A stretch of DNA of 64,000 nucleotides. Origin: Tubulanus polymorphus (taxonomy: Eukaryota; Animalia; Nemertea). The translations under genes were made by a program, and so were the position numbers. Under the pieces are notes generated by a model, which had not been told where the DNA came from, searched no databases, and worked only from the letters and a program-made list of their open reading frames with translations. Position 1 is the first letter of the stretch, and each line of letters starts with the position of its first letter. The DNA is taken from the NCBI RefSeq assembly GCF_964204645.1, contig NC_134033.1, positions 950,131 to 1,014,130 on the forward strand, given 5' to 3'. This document shows positions 62,131 to 64,000 of this stretch, one piece after another.

Positions 62131-62493
62131 ACAATAACCAGTAGGTCTAACGCGCTGACAGGACGTCTCACCATGCTATCAGGTTCGAATCCTGAAATGC
62201 AGTGGCTCACAGGACCCGGGCTTGAATCGAGAGTTAAGCCGGGTGTAGGTCGCAGTGAGTAACAAGCCGTCGCAAGACCGACCTATAGTGAGTTAACTCC
62301 TATTCAAACAGGGGCACGAATTTCAAACCCGAATTGTAGAACTGGTCCTGAATCGAGTGGCAAACGCGACTATGCTTACTAAGGCAATGTAACGGATCCA
62401 CCAGGTGGCTCTAGTAAAGTAGGATTTAAGAATCTGTTTAAAAAGCCTAAAAGCGATTTAAAGTTTATGTATCACTAAAACTCATCACATATT

Positions 62494-63856
62494 TTAACCG
62501 TCCAGAAACTGCAACGCGCCGAGAATCACTCCAACAATTATTAACAAATTCATCCTGTAGATGGCAGCACTGTTACAATAGCTGAAATCGTCGCAGCAAA
62601 AAACATAGAAATTGTTAACATTTTGTGTTACAGAGCCACCAATGTGCACCAATTTACAATTCTCGTCAGTTTTAAGCATACAGCCTCGAATGTAAGATGT
62701 AGGGTTTTCGTCATCATTGGTTACCTTCTGAAATTAAGAAGATATACTGTCATTCGATTGATGGCGCTGAGACTAGGAGCTACACACGTGATCTCCTAAA
62801 GTCTACACTTTTCTGAAGAATTGCTAAAAAGTCTTCCTTACCTCATTTGAATCAGAGAAAAGAAAGAGACTCCATTCTAAATTAATTTCAACAATATGTT
62901 TCCATGCCTACCATTTGAAATTATGTTCAAATCATCTAAATTCATGGTTCGTTGGCATGAGAATGCAGGAAAAACATTGTTAGATTTTGAAAAATGGCTG
63001 ATCTTTTCTCATTTCAACATGAGAAATGACGACTTTTTGACAATCCTTCAATACTAGTGTAAGTCAATGGATATAGAAACAATCGTACATATTTAAGGGG
63101 TTGTGTTAAAAAGTATCACTGCTTAGAAATTAACCCCATTTCACGAGGATTGCTGCGGGTGAGTTTCTATTTAAAAACGTTGGTTACACTTTGGAAAGAT
63201 ATTTCCTGTCTGTCACACCTGCTCTCCGCGCGACGTTTTGGTCCGTAATTTCGTTAATAATGAGTTTATCTGTACATATTATGCATCAATTTATCGAGTA
63301 AGGAATTCGCATTCAGAAGTAAATCATGAATTGGCATAAATTTGTTTGCGTTTTCATCTATCGGCGATCGTTTACCTAGCATACGCTCGCGTAATGCTGA
63401 AAACAGCTTTTGCGGCCCGTAACGTGGCGCCACCTACTGTATTTTGTTAAGCTAATGAATAGGTGATGACGTATCTTCGACTCCCGTAGCGCAGTGCATT
63501 ACGAAGTTTTGAATAGACAAAACACTTACCACACAGGTATGATCAATGGGACATGCGGTGCCTTTTACGTTTGTCTTGTAGGACTCGAGCTTGTCGTTAA
63601 CGAATTTCAAACCAGTCGAGGTACCTTCATATATAGATTTTTTACACTCATTCGTCGACGAAGAGTCTTCGATTGCAGAAATTCCAACTGACAACAAAAA
63701 GTAGACGAATTTACTTTATCGATGTAGAAAGTTTTAATCTAAATTTCTATATCCTAAACTCACCCTTTTTGGCGAAGGCATTCATCGCAGCGAATCCGTA
63801 TGAAGAGCCATAATCGCGCCAGCAGGATGCGCATGTCAGATTTGAAAGAGCTGTTC
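62494..63856 (-). CDS. Ly6/uPAR (three-finger, quiver/sleepless-like) GPI-anchored protein; 5' end unresolved
   Basis: Exons 63764-63856, 63530-63687 and 62494-62727 splice in frame: ...TALSNLTCASCWRDY...NECKKS...TACPIDHTCVKVT...YIRGCMLKTDENCK...VFCCDDFSYCNSA followed by a hydrophobic tail. Ten Cys, a terminal CCxxxxxCN, and a GPI-signal-like end. Confidence 0.85.
62800..63080. repeat. Dispersed repeat family, also at 7740-7970 (inverted), 29250-29665 and 31260-31430
   Basis: Shared TTTGAATCAGAGAAAAG...CCATGCCTACCATTT...AAAAATGGCTGATCTTTT. Confidence 0.7.
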
Positions 63857-64000
63857 CTGAAAAGAAAAAAATAAATCAGCGTCTCTAACACTGAATTGTA
63901 TATATATAATTTTCTTACCAGCTGTGCTACGAGGACGTGGACAAACCGTGCGCGAGTCCACCCCCGGTCGACTAGGAAAAAGAAAGGGCGAAGAGAAAAT

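Overview
AT-rich, repeat-dense eukaryotic DNA, most likely from an invertebrate animal (GT-AG introns, MITEs, tRNA-derived SINEs, a Penelope-like element). The main feature is almost invisible in the ORF track: a minus-strand micro-exon gene spanning about 6.08-33.26 kb. I assembled it by hand from 39 exons with canonical splice sites, plus 4 weaker candidates, into one open frame of about 706 aa. It has 33 consecutive symmetric phase-0 exons, 31 of them only 24-54 nt. The predicted protein is basic, Pro/Ala/Thr-rich and probably disordered, with NLS-like motifs, SPxK/R sites, an LRRSPRL motif and one KH-like folded island. Its exon number has grown by cassette duplication, including a recent 3x 1.72-kb tandem duplication. 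A scrambled, inverted paralog at 1-1.5 kb has introns about 98-99% identical to the gene while two flanking exons are 24-40% diverged. Also present: a minimal hammerhead ribozyme (8149-8190), a 5'-truncated Neptune-type Penelope-like element (40.9-41.8 kb), a ~3-kb-unit tandem array (42-59.8 kb), many MITEs (two with an empty-site copy in the window), and the 3' part of a Ly6/uPAR (three-finger, quiver-like) GPI-anchored protein gene at the right end. All gene models were read manually; none has transcript support here.
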